Part shown: piece by piece, positions 40,400 through 49,819 of the stretch
How positions within the stretch are numbered: the first letter of the stretch is position 1
Layout of the letters: every line of letters starts with the position of its first letter
NCBI GenBank assembly: GCA_045646345.1
Contig: JAZRKN010000005.1
Span: 32,001 to 96,000 of the forward strand
Origin: Candidatus Scatovivens sp.
Lineage (GTDB): Bacteria > Bacillota > Clostridia > TANB77 > CAG-508
Reading direction: 5' to 3'
Length of the DNA stretch: 64,000 nt
Made by a program: the position numbers and the translations under genes
Notes under the pieces: model-generated
What the model saw: the letters and a program-made list of their open reading frames with translations, nothing else
Told to the model about the DNA's origin: nothing
The model's database searches: none

Positions 40400-40894
40400 A
40401 TGGAAGAAAAAAAAGTTGGAAAAAGAGAAGATTATATATCATGGGATGAATATTTTATGGGGATAGCAATGCTATCTGCTGAAAGAAGTAAAGATCCAAA
40501 TACTGAAGTAGGAGCTTGTATTGTTAGTCAAGACAATAGAATATTATCAATGGGATATAATGGGGCTCCAAGAGGATTACATGATGATAAAATGCATTGG
40601 AATAGGACTGGATCTTTTACAGAAACTAAATATGCATATGTATGTCATGCTGAGCTTAATGCTATATTAAATTATAGAGGGGATTTAAGTAATTCAAAAA
40701 TATATGTAAAATTATTCCCTTGTAATGAATGTGCAAAAGCGATAATACAAGCTGGAATAAAAGAAGTTATATATAAAGAAGATAAATATAAAGATGCTGA
40801 CAATGTAATTGTTTCAAAAGCGATGTTAGATTCTTGCGGAGTAAAATATACACAATATGAATCAACAGGAAAGAAAATTACATTAGAATTATAA
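40400..40894 (+). CDS. dCMP deaminase
   Basis: RSKDPNTEVGA, HAELNAI, PCNEC. Confidence 0.95.
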   Translation: MEEKKVGKREDYISWDEYFMGIAMLSAERSKDPNTEVGACIVSQDNRILSMGYNGAPRGLHDDKMHWNRTGSFTETKYAYVCHAELNAILNYRGDLSNSKIYVKLFPCNECAKAIIQAGIKEVIYKEDKYKDADNVIVSKAMLDSCGVKYTQYESTGKKITLEL

Positions 40895-40911
40895 AATTAA
40901 AGAGGATAATT

Positions 40912-41535
40912 ATGAAAATAATATATGGAACAACAAATAAAGCAAAAGTTCATGCTATGTATGGAATTGTAAAAAATTATGGATTTGATGCTGAAATATA
41001 TACATTAAAAGATATTGGTTTTACAGATGAAATTATAGAAGATGGAACAACTTTTGAAGAAAATTCGCTAATAAAAGCAAAAGCAATAGCTGAATTTTGT
41101 AAAAAGAATAATATAACAGATAAAATAATATTAACTGATGATGCAGGGTTGTGTGTAGATTATTTAGATGGTGCTCCTGGAATATATACAGGAAGATATG
41201 CAGGAGATCATGCACCACAAATAGATAATATAAATAAGCTATTAGAAAATATGAAAGATTGTACTAAATTAGAAGATAGGACTTGTAAATTAGTTTGTGT
41301 GTTAACTGCTATATTGATAGATGGAAATGTTTATACAGCAAGAGGTGAATGTACTGGAACAATTGCTTTCGAACATGGAAAATTAGGAGGATTAACTTTC
41401 GGTCCTGTGTTTATTCCAAAAGGTTTTGATAAACCAATGGGAGATATGGAAGAGGAAGAATATATATCAGTGCATAATCATAGGGATTTGGCTATGAATG
41501 AATTGATGAAAAAATTCAAAGAGTTAGGATATTAA
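40912..41535 (+). CDS. rdgB: Non-canonical purine NTP pyrophosphatase (Ham1/RdgB family)
   Basis: TTNKAK, E.GTTFEENS..KA, DDAGL, PGIYTGRY, NHR. Confidence 0.88.
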   Translation: MKIIYGTTNKAKVHAMYGIVKNYGFDAEIYTLKDIGFTDEIIEDGTTFEENSLIKAKAIAEFCKKNNITDKIILTDDAGLCVDYLDGAPGIYTGRYAGDHAPQIDNINKLLENMKDCTKLEDRTCKLVCVLTAILIDGNVYTARGECTGTIAFEHGKLGGLTFGPVFIPKGFDKPMGDMEEEEYISVHNHRDLAMNELMKKFKELGY

Positions 41536-41542
41536 TAAATAT

Positions 41543-41572
41543 ACCACTTAGATTAAGAAAACAACCACATGG
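41543..41572 (+). promoter_or_regulatory. LytTR direct-repeat operator
   Basis: ACCACTTAG-N12-ACCACATGG (21-bp period) upstream of a TATAAT box and the LytTR gene. Confidence 0.7.
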
Positions 41573-41633
41573 CTTAAATTTAAGATTTTTCATAATAATG
41601 ATGTTATAATTAATTTACAAAGGAGGAAGATAG

Positions 41634-42089
41634 ATGGCTAACAATTTGGATATAGAGATAAAAATTGATGAAAATTATAAAGCTCCCAAAATAGTTGTTT
41701 ATACAAGTGAAATAAATGATGATTTAACAAAAATTATAAATAAACTAAAATTAGCTGAAGAAGAAAAAATAATTGGATTCAAAGATGACGAAGCTTATAT
41801 AATGGATTTTTCAAAAATTGAACTTATATATACGGAAAATAAAAAGATTTTTGCAAGAATGGAAAATGGTTTTTCATATCAGATAAAAAGAAGAATTTTT
41901 GAATTAGAAGAAAGTTTAATTGATTTTAATTTTGTTAGAATATCTAACTCCGAAATAGTAAATTTTAAAAAAGTTTTAAGTATTGATTTTAAATTAACGG
42001 GAACGATGATGTTAAAATTAAAAAGTGGAAATAATACGTTTGTTTCAAGAAGATATGTAAAGAAAATCAAAGAATACTTAGGCTTGTAA
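41634..42089 (+). CDS. Stand-alone LytTR transcriptional regulator
   Basis: FVRISNSEIVN, VSRRYVKKIKEYLG; no receiver domain. Confidence 0.92.
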   Translation: MANNLDIEIKIDENYKAPKIVVYTSEINDDLTKIINKLKLAEEEKIIGFKDDEAYIMDFSKIELIYTENKKIFARMENGFSYQIKRRIFELEESLIDFNFVRISNSEIVNFKKVLSIDFKLTGTMMLKLKSGNNTFVSRRYVKKIKEYLGL

Positions 42090-42099
42090 GGAGGTTATT

Positions 42100-42576
42100 A
42101 TGAAAGAAAAAGTGGAACGTTTTTGTGATAGTTTTAAAAATGGTGTTTTCTTATGGCTTGTATCTTATTTTTTATTATATGCTGTAGGGGTACATATAGG
42201 AGATAACTCATTATATAATGCAGAAATAATGAAATTATTAGATGTAAAAAATTTTTTAACACAAGTTATAATTGTTGGTGTTACATATATTGCTTTAGAT
42301 TTGGCATTTTCAAAATATTTTAATAATATTGTAGAAGTAGTTAGTTTAAATGTTTCTTCTAAGAAGAAAGTTTTAAAAGATGTTATAGCAATAATTGTAA
42401 TCTTATTAATAATACTTCCAACAATTGAATATATAAAAGATAACAATATTGTAAATAAAGCAATAATGAAATTAATGATAGGATTAATTATTTTTAAAAC
42501 AATGATATTTTGTATGGTACAAACAGTAAAAACAGATATATATAATAAGAAGTTGCAAGAGAAAAATAAAGAATAA
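42100..42576 (+). CDS. Membrane partner of LytTR regulatory system (DUF3021-like)
   Basis: Four TM, C-terminal NKKL; directly follows the LytTR gene. Confidence 0.6.
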   Translation: MKEKVERFCDSFKNGVFLWLVSYFLLYAVGVHIGDNSLYNAEIMKLLDVKNFLTQVIIVGVTYIALDLAFSKYFNNIVEVVSLNVSSKKKVLKDVIAIIVILLIILPTIEYIKDNNIVNKAIMKLMIGLIIFKTMIFCMVQTVKTDIYNKKLQEKNKE

Positions 42577-42679
42577 TATAAAAAATAAAAAACACTTCAA
42601 TATTATTGAAGTGTTTTTTTTATACAAAAAAGCGAACAAATGTATTGACAAAAAATGAATTAGATATATAATATCAGTA

Positions 42680-42695
42680 GCAAACATAAGTTTGC
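42680..42695. promoter_or_regulatory. Probable LexA (Cheo-type) SOS box
   Basis: GCAAAC-ATAA-GTTTGC just downstream of the TTGACA/TATAAT promoter of recN; partial second site CGAAC at 42633. Confidence 0.6.
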
Positions 42696-42784
42696 ATTAT
42701 TGATAATATAGTTTATAGGCTAATCTTTAAACCTAAATTAACTGTAAGGAGAAAAGATATTTTAATATATCTTTAAATTGGAAA

Positions 42785-44416
42785 ATGATAAATACTTTAC
42801 ATATAAAAAATATGGGAATTATAGATGAAATAACATTAAATTTAAACGAAGGATTTAATGTATTGACGGGAGAAACTGGAGCGGGAAAAACTTTGATAAT
42901 TGGGTCTCTTCAAATATTAGCTGGAGGTCGTTTTTCAAAAGAAATAATAAGACATGGAGAAAAATATGCTTTTGTAGAAATGTCTTTATATTTACCTAAT
43001 AAAGGCTACGAAGATGATACTGTAATTGTTTCAAGAGAATTAAGCTTAAGTGGAAGAAATGTCTGTAAAATAAATGGAAGATTAGCAACTGTGAGTGAAT
43101 TAAAACATTTTATGAGTGATGTTTTGGATATTCATGGCCAAAATGATAATCAATCTCTTTTAAATGTAAATACACATATTGAATTATTAGATGGATATGC
43201 GGAAAAAGAAATAAAAGAGTTAAAAGCAAAATATAAGCTTTTATATAATCAATATTTAAAAACCAAAGCAGAATTAAATAAAAACTATGGGGATGACAAG
43301 GAAAAACAAAGGAAACTCGATTTATTAAATTATCAAGTAAATGAAATTGAAATTGCTAATTTAAAAAGCGGAGAAGAAGAGGAATTAGAAGATAGAAGGA
43401 AATTAATAATGTCTGCTGAAAAAATTAGTACAAGTTTTGCGGAAGCAGAAAATCAAATTAGCAATAACGTAATGGATGGTATGAGTATTGCTTTAAAAGC
43501 AATGGAGAAAATTGAACAATATAATTCAGAATATACAAATATAATTTCAAGATTAAGAGATGCATATTATGAAATACAAGAAGTTTCCTATGATATTAGT
43601 TCTTTTTCAGAAGATATGTATTTTGATGAAGAAGAGCAAAATAAAATAGAAGAAAGATTAGATTTGATTAATTCTTTAAAGAGAAAATATGGAAATACAA
43701 TCGAAGAAATTTTAGAATATAAAGAAAAAGTGAATCAGGAAATTTTTGAGATTGAAAACTTAGAAGAATATATTATAAAACTAAAGAATGAATTAAAGAA
43801 AACTGAAAAAGAAATGCTTGAGATTGCAAGAAATTTAAATATTGTAAGAACTAAATATGCAGAAAAATTAAGCAAAAGGATAAATAAAGAACTTAAAGAA
43901 TTAGAAATGAAAAATGCCAGATTTGGAATATCTGTAGATTTTTCAAAAGAAAATAATTTTAATCCAAATGGATTAGATAAAATAGAGTTTGTAATTTCCA
44001 CAAATGTTGGAGATGAAGCAAAATCTTTAATAAAAATAGCATCTGGTGGAGAAATGTCTAGAATAATGTTAGCAATAAAAAGTGTATTAGCAGATGTTGA
44101 TCAAATACCAGTAATTGTGTTTGATGAAATAGATACTGGAATAAGCGGAATAGCAGCAAATGCAACAGGAGAAAAAATGAAAAATATTTCTAAAAATCAC
44201 CAAGTAATATGTGTAACTCACTTGGCAAGTATTGCCGCTAAGGGAGAACATAACTATTTTGTTTGCAAAGAAGTTGTAAATGAAAAAACAAGAACAAAAG
44301 TAAAAGAGTTAAATGAAGAAGAAATATTAAAAGAAATTGCTAGAATTTCAAGTGGTACAATAACGGATATATCAATTAATCATGCTAGACAATTAAGGAA
44401 TAGCAAAATTGCATAA
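42785..44416 (+). CDS. recN: DNA repair protein RecN
   Basis: TGETGAGK, IHGQ, ASGGEMSR, FDEIDTGISG, VTHL. Confidence 0.97.
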   Translation: MINTLHIKNMGIIDEITLNLNEGFNVLTGETGAGKTLIIGSLQILAGGRFSKEIIRHGEKYAFVEMSLYLPNKGYEDDTVIVSRELSLSGRNVCKINGRLATVSELKHFMSDVLDIHGQNDNQSLLNVNTHIELLDGYAEKEIKELKAKYKLLYNQYLKTKAELNKNYGDDKEKQRKLDLLNYQVNEIEIANLKSGEEEELEDRRKLIMSAEKISTSFAEAENQISNNVMDGMSIALKAMEKIEQYNSEYTNIISRLRDAYYEIQEVSYDISSFSEDMYFDEEEQNKIEERLDLINSLKRKYGNTIEEILEYKEKVNQEIFEIENLEEYIIKLKNELKKTEKEMLEIARNLNIVRTKYAEKLSKRINKELKELEMKNARFGISVDFSKENNFNPNGLDKIEFVISTNVGDEAKSLIKIASGGEMSRIMLAIKSVLADVDQIPVIVFDEIDTGISGIAANATGEKMKNISKNHQVICVTHLASIAAKGEHNYFVCKEVVNEKTRTKVKELNEEEILKEIARISSGTITDISINHARQLRNSKIA

Positions 44417-44541
44417 ATTATTGAAAAAAATATACTAAAATTTGAAAAATGTTCAAAAATTTGGTATAATAAAAGGAGCTTAACTTTTTTTGTAAGCGTT
44501 GTTGCCTTTCACATATCATAAAGTGGAAAAGGGAGGAAAGT

Positions 44542-45423
44542 GTGGAAAAAAACAAAAAAATGTACAAGAATTGCCCTTATGAAGATTTTGGTTTTTCTTC
44601 ATGTCGGGTGTGTCCAAATTTTTCAAAATGTTCCAAGAGAAAGGGGGAGCAGATTAAGAAAAGAAAGGAAGATGATTTTAAACAATTTGTTTTAAAGGTT
44701 GAGATCATTCTTGTATTTATGCTGATTATTAGCTTATTTGTCGGCATGTTTGCTGGTTTTACTTCTTTGGCGCAGGAGCTTCCTGATGACAAGAAGACCC
44801 AGAGTGCAGAACCTGCAGAAGGTGTGGGAAGAGAACCTACTAATATCGTTCCAAATGTTCGAGATGAGATTGTGCCAGTGACTACTCCTATAGTAACAGT
44901 AGAGGCTGCTGAATTTGAAAATGCACCGGAATTCTTTGAAGGAATTGAAGTTGTTGATTTAATGAAAGCAAATCCGTTTGGTCCGTGCAAAAAGTGGATA
45001 TATATAATTTCTGAAGAAGATATGGAATATATAGCCAGAGTTGTATGGGCAGAAGCTAGGGGGGAATGCCTTGAGGGGCAGGTTGCGGTTGCAGCTGTCA
45101 TTTTGAACAGATATTATTCTGGTTTGGGAGTCTTTAATACATCAAGCATTTATGCTGTGGTAACACAGCCTGGTGCTTTTGCAAGTATTAGAGGAGTTGA
45201 TGACGCTGATCTTGCTGAGTATCCTGATTGTATGAGAGCCGTTAGATTGGCGTGCCGTGGTTGGGATCCGACAAGAGAGACGTTTGATACTGGAGCTCTT
45301 TATTTCTTCAATCCTGATGGGGTTTATGGCTATCAGGCTAGAATCAGAACAGGCATCGTTGTACACACAATTGGTGGTCATGATTTCCATGTTGATTTTA
45401 ACTGGGATGAAGTGAACAAGTAA
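44542..45423 (+). CDS. SleB/CwlJ-type cell wall hydrolase (Hydrolase_2) with N-terminal Cys cluster and TM anchor
   Basis: ARVVWAEARGE..GQVAVAAVILNR, QPGAF, GALYFFNP, IGGHDF; atypical codon usage. Confidence 0.85.
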   Translation: MEKNKKMYKNCPYEDFGFSSCRVCPNFSKCSKRKGEQIKKRKEDDFKQFVLKVEIILVFMLIISLFVGMFAGFTSLAQELPDDKKTQSAEPAEGVGREPTNIVPNVRDEIVPVTTPIVTVEAAEFENAPEFFEGIEVVDLMKANPFGPCKKWIYIISEEDMEYIARVVWAEARGECLEGQVAVAAVILNRYYSGLGVFNTSSIYAVVTQPGAFASIRGVDDADLAEYPDCMRAVRLACRGWDPTRETFDTGALYFFNPDGVYGYQARIRTGIVVHTIGGHDFHVDFNWDEVNK

Positions 45424-45493
45424 CCTCAAAAAGAAAAGTCGAAAAAGGTGGAATCACCAATTTCGACTTTTTCTTTTTTTAATAAAGGTCCAG

Positions 45494-45521
45494 GCACGAA
45501 GAAAAATTATACACATATACT
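45494..45521 (+). promoter_or_regulatory. Mother-cell (sigK/sigE-type) promoter of sigK
   Basis: AC-N16-CATATACT. Confidence 0.55.
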
Positions 45522-45556
45522 GTATCTATAGGTATTGAATTATGGAGGTATATGGA

Positions 45557-46252
45557 ATGATTGGATTTTCTACGTCTAGTCTTTTAATATTAAGTAATAT
45601 AATATTGGGTGTCGGCTACATACAATCCGGAAATTTATTTCCGGAACCATTAACTTCTGAAGAAGAAAAAATATATTTAGAAAAAATGAAAAATGGAGAT
45701 GAAAGTGCAAGGAATATCTTAATAGAAAGAAATTTAAGATTAGTTGCTCATGTTGCGAAAAAATATTCATCAACCAATGTTGAACAAGATGATTTAATTT
45801 CTATAGGAAGTATTGGTTTAATAAAAGGAATAAATAGCTTTGATATGGAAAAGAATTTTAAACTAGCAACATATATTGCTAAATGTATAGAAAATGAGAT
45901 TTTAATGTATTTAAGAAGTAATAAAAAGAGAACTGGAGACGTATATTTAAATGAGCCAATAGGAAAAGATAAAGACGATAATGAAGTAACACTTCAAGAA
46001 GTGATAGAAAACAACGAAAGAAATGTTGAAGATGAAGTTGATTTAAAATTTAAAGTGAAGATGATGTATGAGAAAATGAAAAAAGTCTTAAAAGATAGAG
46101 AAAAAATAATAATTGAGTTGAGATTTGGACTTAATGGAGATAAACCAAAAACTCAAAAAGAGATTGCTAATATGATGAATATAAGTAGATCGTATGTGTC
46201 TAGAATAGAAAGTAAAGCTATATTAAAACTTGCAAAAGAAATAGAAGAATAA
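45557..46252 (+). CDS. sigK: Sporulation sigma factor pro-sigmaK, uninterrupted (no skin element)
   Basis: Hydrophobic pro-sequence, FPEPL, LIERNLRLVAH, CIENEILM, ISRSYVSRIE. Confidence 0.9.
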   Translation: MIGFSTSSLLILSNIILGVGYIQSGNLFPEPLTSEEEKIYLEKMKNGDESARNILIERNLRLVAHVAKKYSSTNVEQDDLISIGSIGLIKGINSFDMEKNFKLATYIAKCIENEILMYLRSNKKRTGDVYLNEPIGKDKDDNEVTLQEVIENNERNVEDEVDLKFKVKMMYEKMKKVLKDREKIIIELRFGLNGDKPKTQKEIANMMNISRSYVSRIESKAILKLAKEIEE

Positions 46253-46320
46253 GAATCTAGATTTTTAAAAGAAAAGATGCTATAATTTTAAAGAATAATT
46301 TAATAGGTAAGTGAAAAAAT

Positions 46321-47214
46321 ATGTTAGAAGAATTAGAAAAATGTAATTTATGTCCTCATAAATGTAATGTTAATAGAATAAATGGTGAGATTGGTAGATG
46401 CAAAGCTGGGAGCAAAGTAAAAATTGCTTTGGCTGATTTGCACTATTTTGAAGAACCAAGTATTAGTGGTGAATTTGGCTCTGGAACAGTTTTCTTTACA
46501 GGATGCAATTTGAATTGTAAATTTTGTCAAAACTATAAGATAAGCCAAGAACAACTAGGTAGAGAAATCGAAATAAATGATCTTGCAGAAGAGTTTTTAA
46601 AATTGCAAGAAAAGAAAGCCAATAATATTAATTTAGTAACTGGAGTAATGTATATACCACAAATAATAGAAGCGATAAAAATTGCTAAGAAAAAAGGATT
46701 AACAATACCAATTGTATATAATTCAAGTGGATATGAAAACGTAGAAGCATTAAAGTTATTAAATGGATATATAGATGTTTATTTACCAGACTTAAAATAT
46801 TATGATAATGAACTTGGTTTTAGATTATCTGGAATAAAGAATTATTTTGAAAATGCAAGTATCGCTATAGAAGAAATGTATAACCAAGTAGGTGAACCAA
46901 GATTTGATGAAAAAGGATTAATAACAAAAGGTGTTATTATAAGACATCTTGTTTTACCAAATCACTTGGAAAACAGCAAAAAAGTATTTTCTTGGATAAA
47001 AGAAAAGTTTAATAAAAAAGTATTAGTTAGTGTAATGGCACAATATTTCCCGTCTAACAAAGCAAAAGAAGAAAGTGATATAAATAGAAAATTAAATCAA
47101 GATGAGTATGATGAAATAGAAAGCTTTATTTTTAGCTTGGATATAGATGGTTATATGCAAGATTTAGAAGAAAATGAAGAACAATATGTACCAGATTTTG
47201 AAGGAAAAAAATAG
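46321..47214 (+). CDS. PflX-like radical SAM protein
   Basis: CNLCPHKC, GSGTVFFTGCNLNCKFCQN, IRHLVLP. Confidence 0.88.
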   Translation: MLEELEKCNLCPHKCNVNRINGEIGRCKAGSKVKIALADLHYFEEPSISGEFGSGTVFFTGCNLNCKFCQNYKISQEQLGREIEINDLAEEFLKLQEKKANNINLVTGVMYIPQIIEAIKIAKKKGLTIPIVYNSSGYENVEALKLLNGYIDVYLPDLKYYDNELGFRLSGIKNYFENASIAIEEMYNQVGEPRFDEKGLITKGVIIRHLVLPNHLENSKKVFSWIKEKFNKKVLVSVMAQYFPSNKAKEESDINRKLNQDEYDEIESFIFSLDIDGYMQDLEENEEQYVPDFEGKK

Positions 47215-47269
47215 AAAATTTTTATAATATTTATTTAATATAAGATGTATTAAATAAATAAAAAAACAC

Positions 47270-47346
47270 AAAAAAATAAGCCCTGAAAGGCTTGGTATAA
47301 CTACAGTATAGAGCACGAATTTTGTTACTAAAAAAACTCACGTACT
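47270..47346 (-). ncRNA. Candidate small RNA (about 77 nt)
   Basis: TTGCTT-17-TATAAT (TG-extended) at 47381-47353, hairpin, then terminator AAGCC-UUUCA-GGGCUU-AUUUUUUU; no ORF. Confidence 0.5.
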
Positions 47347-47536
47347 TATCTTATTATACCATATTTTTGAAGAAAAAGCAAATATTCAAAAGGTGCGAAA
47401 TAGTTAGAAAAACAGTAATAAAACCTGGATATGTGAAGTATAGAGATATAGTTATAATAATTGGAGAATATTAGATTTGAAAATGGGGCTAAAATGTGTT
47501 AAAATAAATATAGTAAAAGTTAATAAGTTTTTAATT

Positions 47537-47723
47537 TTCCCTGCGTAGTGCGTATAGGCAGAATTTTTAGAACCTACAAAGTTTTGGATAAGGGAGCCCG
47601 AACTCCGGATATGGCGTGTATGCTTGCATTTATGTGAGAAACCCAGGAATATTTGGGAAGGCACCCACCTGTGTGAGTACAGGTCCATAAAAATTCTTTC
47701 ATCTACGGCTTAGACGTGGGGTT
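47537..47723 (+). ncRNA. ssrS: 6S RNA
   Basis: Firmicutes 6S hallmarks GGGAGCCCG, ATGGCGT, GCACCCACCTG, ACGGC; closing stem CCCTGCGT/ACGTGGGG plus T tract. Confidence 0.9.
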
Positions 47724-47779
47724 TTTTTTGTGCTTATGAATGTTGACATAAAACTGAAACGTGTGATATAATAGTTAAT

Positions 47780-47864
47780 GTAAGGGAGTAATTACCATAT
47801 AATTTATGGAATAAAGTCAACAATCGGAATAAAACCTGGCTTTATTTTAAAAAATGAGACTTAT
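47780..47864 (+). ncRNA. yybP-ykoY (Mn2+)-like riboswitch, copy 2
   Basis: GUAAG-GGAGUA...AAUAAAGUCAACAAUCGG...CCUGGCUUUAUU...UGAGAC-UUAU; promoter TTGACA-18-TATAAT (47743-47772). Confidence 0.75.
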
Positions 47865-47992
47865 CTTGGAAATGTATCAAGTAAGTCGAAAATATAAAAT
47901 CTTAATAATTATAGACTTATTTGGTATGACGCTAGATAGGCCTATTTTTTTATAAACAAAAACCTTATAAAATATTTTAGGAGGAATGTAGA

Positions 47993-48841
47993 ATGATAAC
48001 TTTACAACACACATTAGTAACATTAATGGGGTTAAGAGGAAACGAAAGAGAAATGGATGAAGAAATGCAATATGTGTTATTACCAGATGCAATTAGAAGA
48101 TATTGTGGACCTAGACAATATAGTCACTTTGAACAAGCTTATGATGGAAGCGATGTATCTTGGTTTAAATATCCATTAGCTTTAAAAGGATTAACTAAAG
48201 AAGAAGTTGATAGATTACCAAAACATATTGTTTCTGAAATCAAAGAATGTGATTTGGGTGAGACAACAAATATAGGAGTATTTGAAGAACATAATACTCA
48301 TTTGCCACCAAAATATTTTGCAGGAGTAAAAAAACATTTAACACAAGATTTTATATTTGATAGATTTGTAAGAGAAGAAATTGATTGTTCAAAAATGTAT
48401 GATAAAAAATATGCTTTTAATGGTCAAGAATATGACGGAAAAGGTATAAGAGGTGTAATTGCTGATATAGAACATCATGGAGTTTATGTATTAGCATATA
48501 TGTTAAATAAAGCTTATGGAATTACAGTTAATCAAGAATGGTTTGATAAACATGTAAAATCAATATTAGACGAAAAATATCCAGAAGAATTAGCTGAATC
48601 TGCATATGGATTTATGAAAATAAAACCAGAAATTAATGAAAGAATAACAAATGGAGATTGGACTCATTTAGAAGAAGGTCCGCTTCCATTAGAAAAATAC
48701 ATAAAAATGTATGAAGAAGTAATTAAAGAAATGCCTAAAATAGATTATGATAGAAAAGTTGCAGAAGATAGAATTGCACAAGGAAAACCAGCATTTGAAG
48801 ATAAAAAAGAAATTACGACTCATGAAGAAATTGCTGAATAA
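47993..48841 (+). CDS. Hypothetical protein, possible Zn-dependent phospholipase C/nuclease-like metallohydrolase
   Basis: N-terminal His, LPD, SHF, G...HLTQD spacing recalls the Zn_dep_PLPC family. Confidence 0.55.
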   Translation: MITLQHTLVTLMGLRGNEREMDEEMQYVLLPDAIRRYCGPRQYSHFEQAYDGSDVSWFKYPLALKGLTKEEVDRLPKHIVSEIKECDLGETTNIGVFEEHNTHLPPKYFAGVKKHLTQDFIFDRFVREEIDCSKMYDKKYAFNGQEYDGKGIRGVIADIEHHGVYVLAYMLNKAYGITVNQEWFDKHVKSILDEKYPEELAESAYGFMKIKPEINERITNGDWTHLEEGPLPLEKYIKMYEEVIKEMPKIDYDRKVAEDRIAQGKPAFEDKKEITTHEEIAE

Positions 48842-48944
48842 TAGATTTATTATTACAAAGGAAAGATAAACAATGCAGTTTATCTTTCTTTTTGGCTTAA
48901 AATATGATATAAGTATATAAAGAAAAATATGGAGTGATTAGTTT

Positions 48945-49796
48945 ATGAAAATAAAAGAAGTTCTTTCAAATGGAATTTCAATATTAAAACAATCAAATAT
49001 AGAAGATGGAACATTAAAATGCAAAATATTACTTGCAGATTTATTGGATAAATCAAAAGAATATCTAATAATTCATTCTGAAGACGATGTTGATGAAAAA
49101 ATAAATGAGATATTTTTAGAAAAAATTGAAAGATTAAAAAATAATGAACCACTTCAATATATTATAAACAAGCAAGAATTCATGGGATTTGAGTTTTATG
49201 TTGATAAAAATGTTTTAATACCACAACCAGATACAGAGAAGTTGGTTGAAGAAGTAATATTGATTTCTGAAAAAATAAAAAAAGATAATAAAGATGAATT
49301 AAGAATTTTAGACATGTGCACAGGAAGTGGAGCGATTGCGATATCATTGAGTAAGCTTATAAAGAAATCTTTAGTATATGCTTCTGATATTAGTAAAAAA
49401 GCTTTAGAAATAGCAGATGAAAACTCAAATAAAAATAATTCAAATGTATTATTTTTTGAATCTAATTTGTTTAGCAAAATTCCAAAAATATATAAATTTG
49501 ATATTATAGTGTCAAATCCACCTTATATTGAAACTGAAACAATAAAAACATTATCAGAAGAAGTAAAAAATGAACCAATGCTTGCTTTAGATGGTGGAAA
49601 AGATGGATTAGATTTTTATAGAAAAATAACAGAGTGTGCTAAAGAATATTTAAATAAAGATGGTTATTTAGCTTTTGAAATTGGATATAATCAAAGAATT
49701 GCTGTAGAAAATATCCTTAAAGAAAATGGTTATAAAAATGTTTATTCAAGAAAGGACCTTGGAGGAAACGACAGAATTGTTGTTGGGCAAATTTAA
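48945..49796 (+). CDS. prmC: Release factor glutamine methyltransferase
   Basis: EPLQYI, VLIP, LDMCTGSGAI, SNPPY, GG.DGLDFY. Confidence 0.96.
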   Translation: MKIKEVLSNGISILKQSNIEDGTLKCKILLADLLDKSKEYLIIHSEDDVDEKINEIFLEKIERLKNNEPLQYIINKQEFMGFEFYVDKNVLIPQPDTEKLVEEVILISEKIKKDNKDELRILDMCTGSGAIAISLSKLIKKSLVYASDISKKALEIADENSNKNNSNVLFFESNLFSKIPKIYKFDIIVSNPPYIETETIKTLSEEVKNEPMLALDGGKDGLDFYRKITECAKEYLNKDGYLAFEIGYNQRIAVENILKENGYKNVYSRKDLGGNDRIVVGQI

Positions 49797-49819
49797 AAAA
49801 ATTAAAGAAGGAGAATACA

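Noticed and set aside
44577-45429. Long antisense ORFs over codon-atypical genes (also 57055-58162 and 446-1615)
   Set aside because: Expected by chance in higher-GC genes; no RBS or recognisable motifs
45557-46252. skin-like interruption of sigK
   Set aside because: ORF is continuous and full length
47452-47688. 78-aa minus-strand ORF
   Set aside because: Antisense to 6S RNA; no RBS evident
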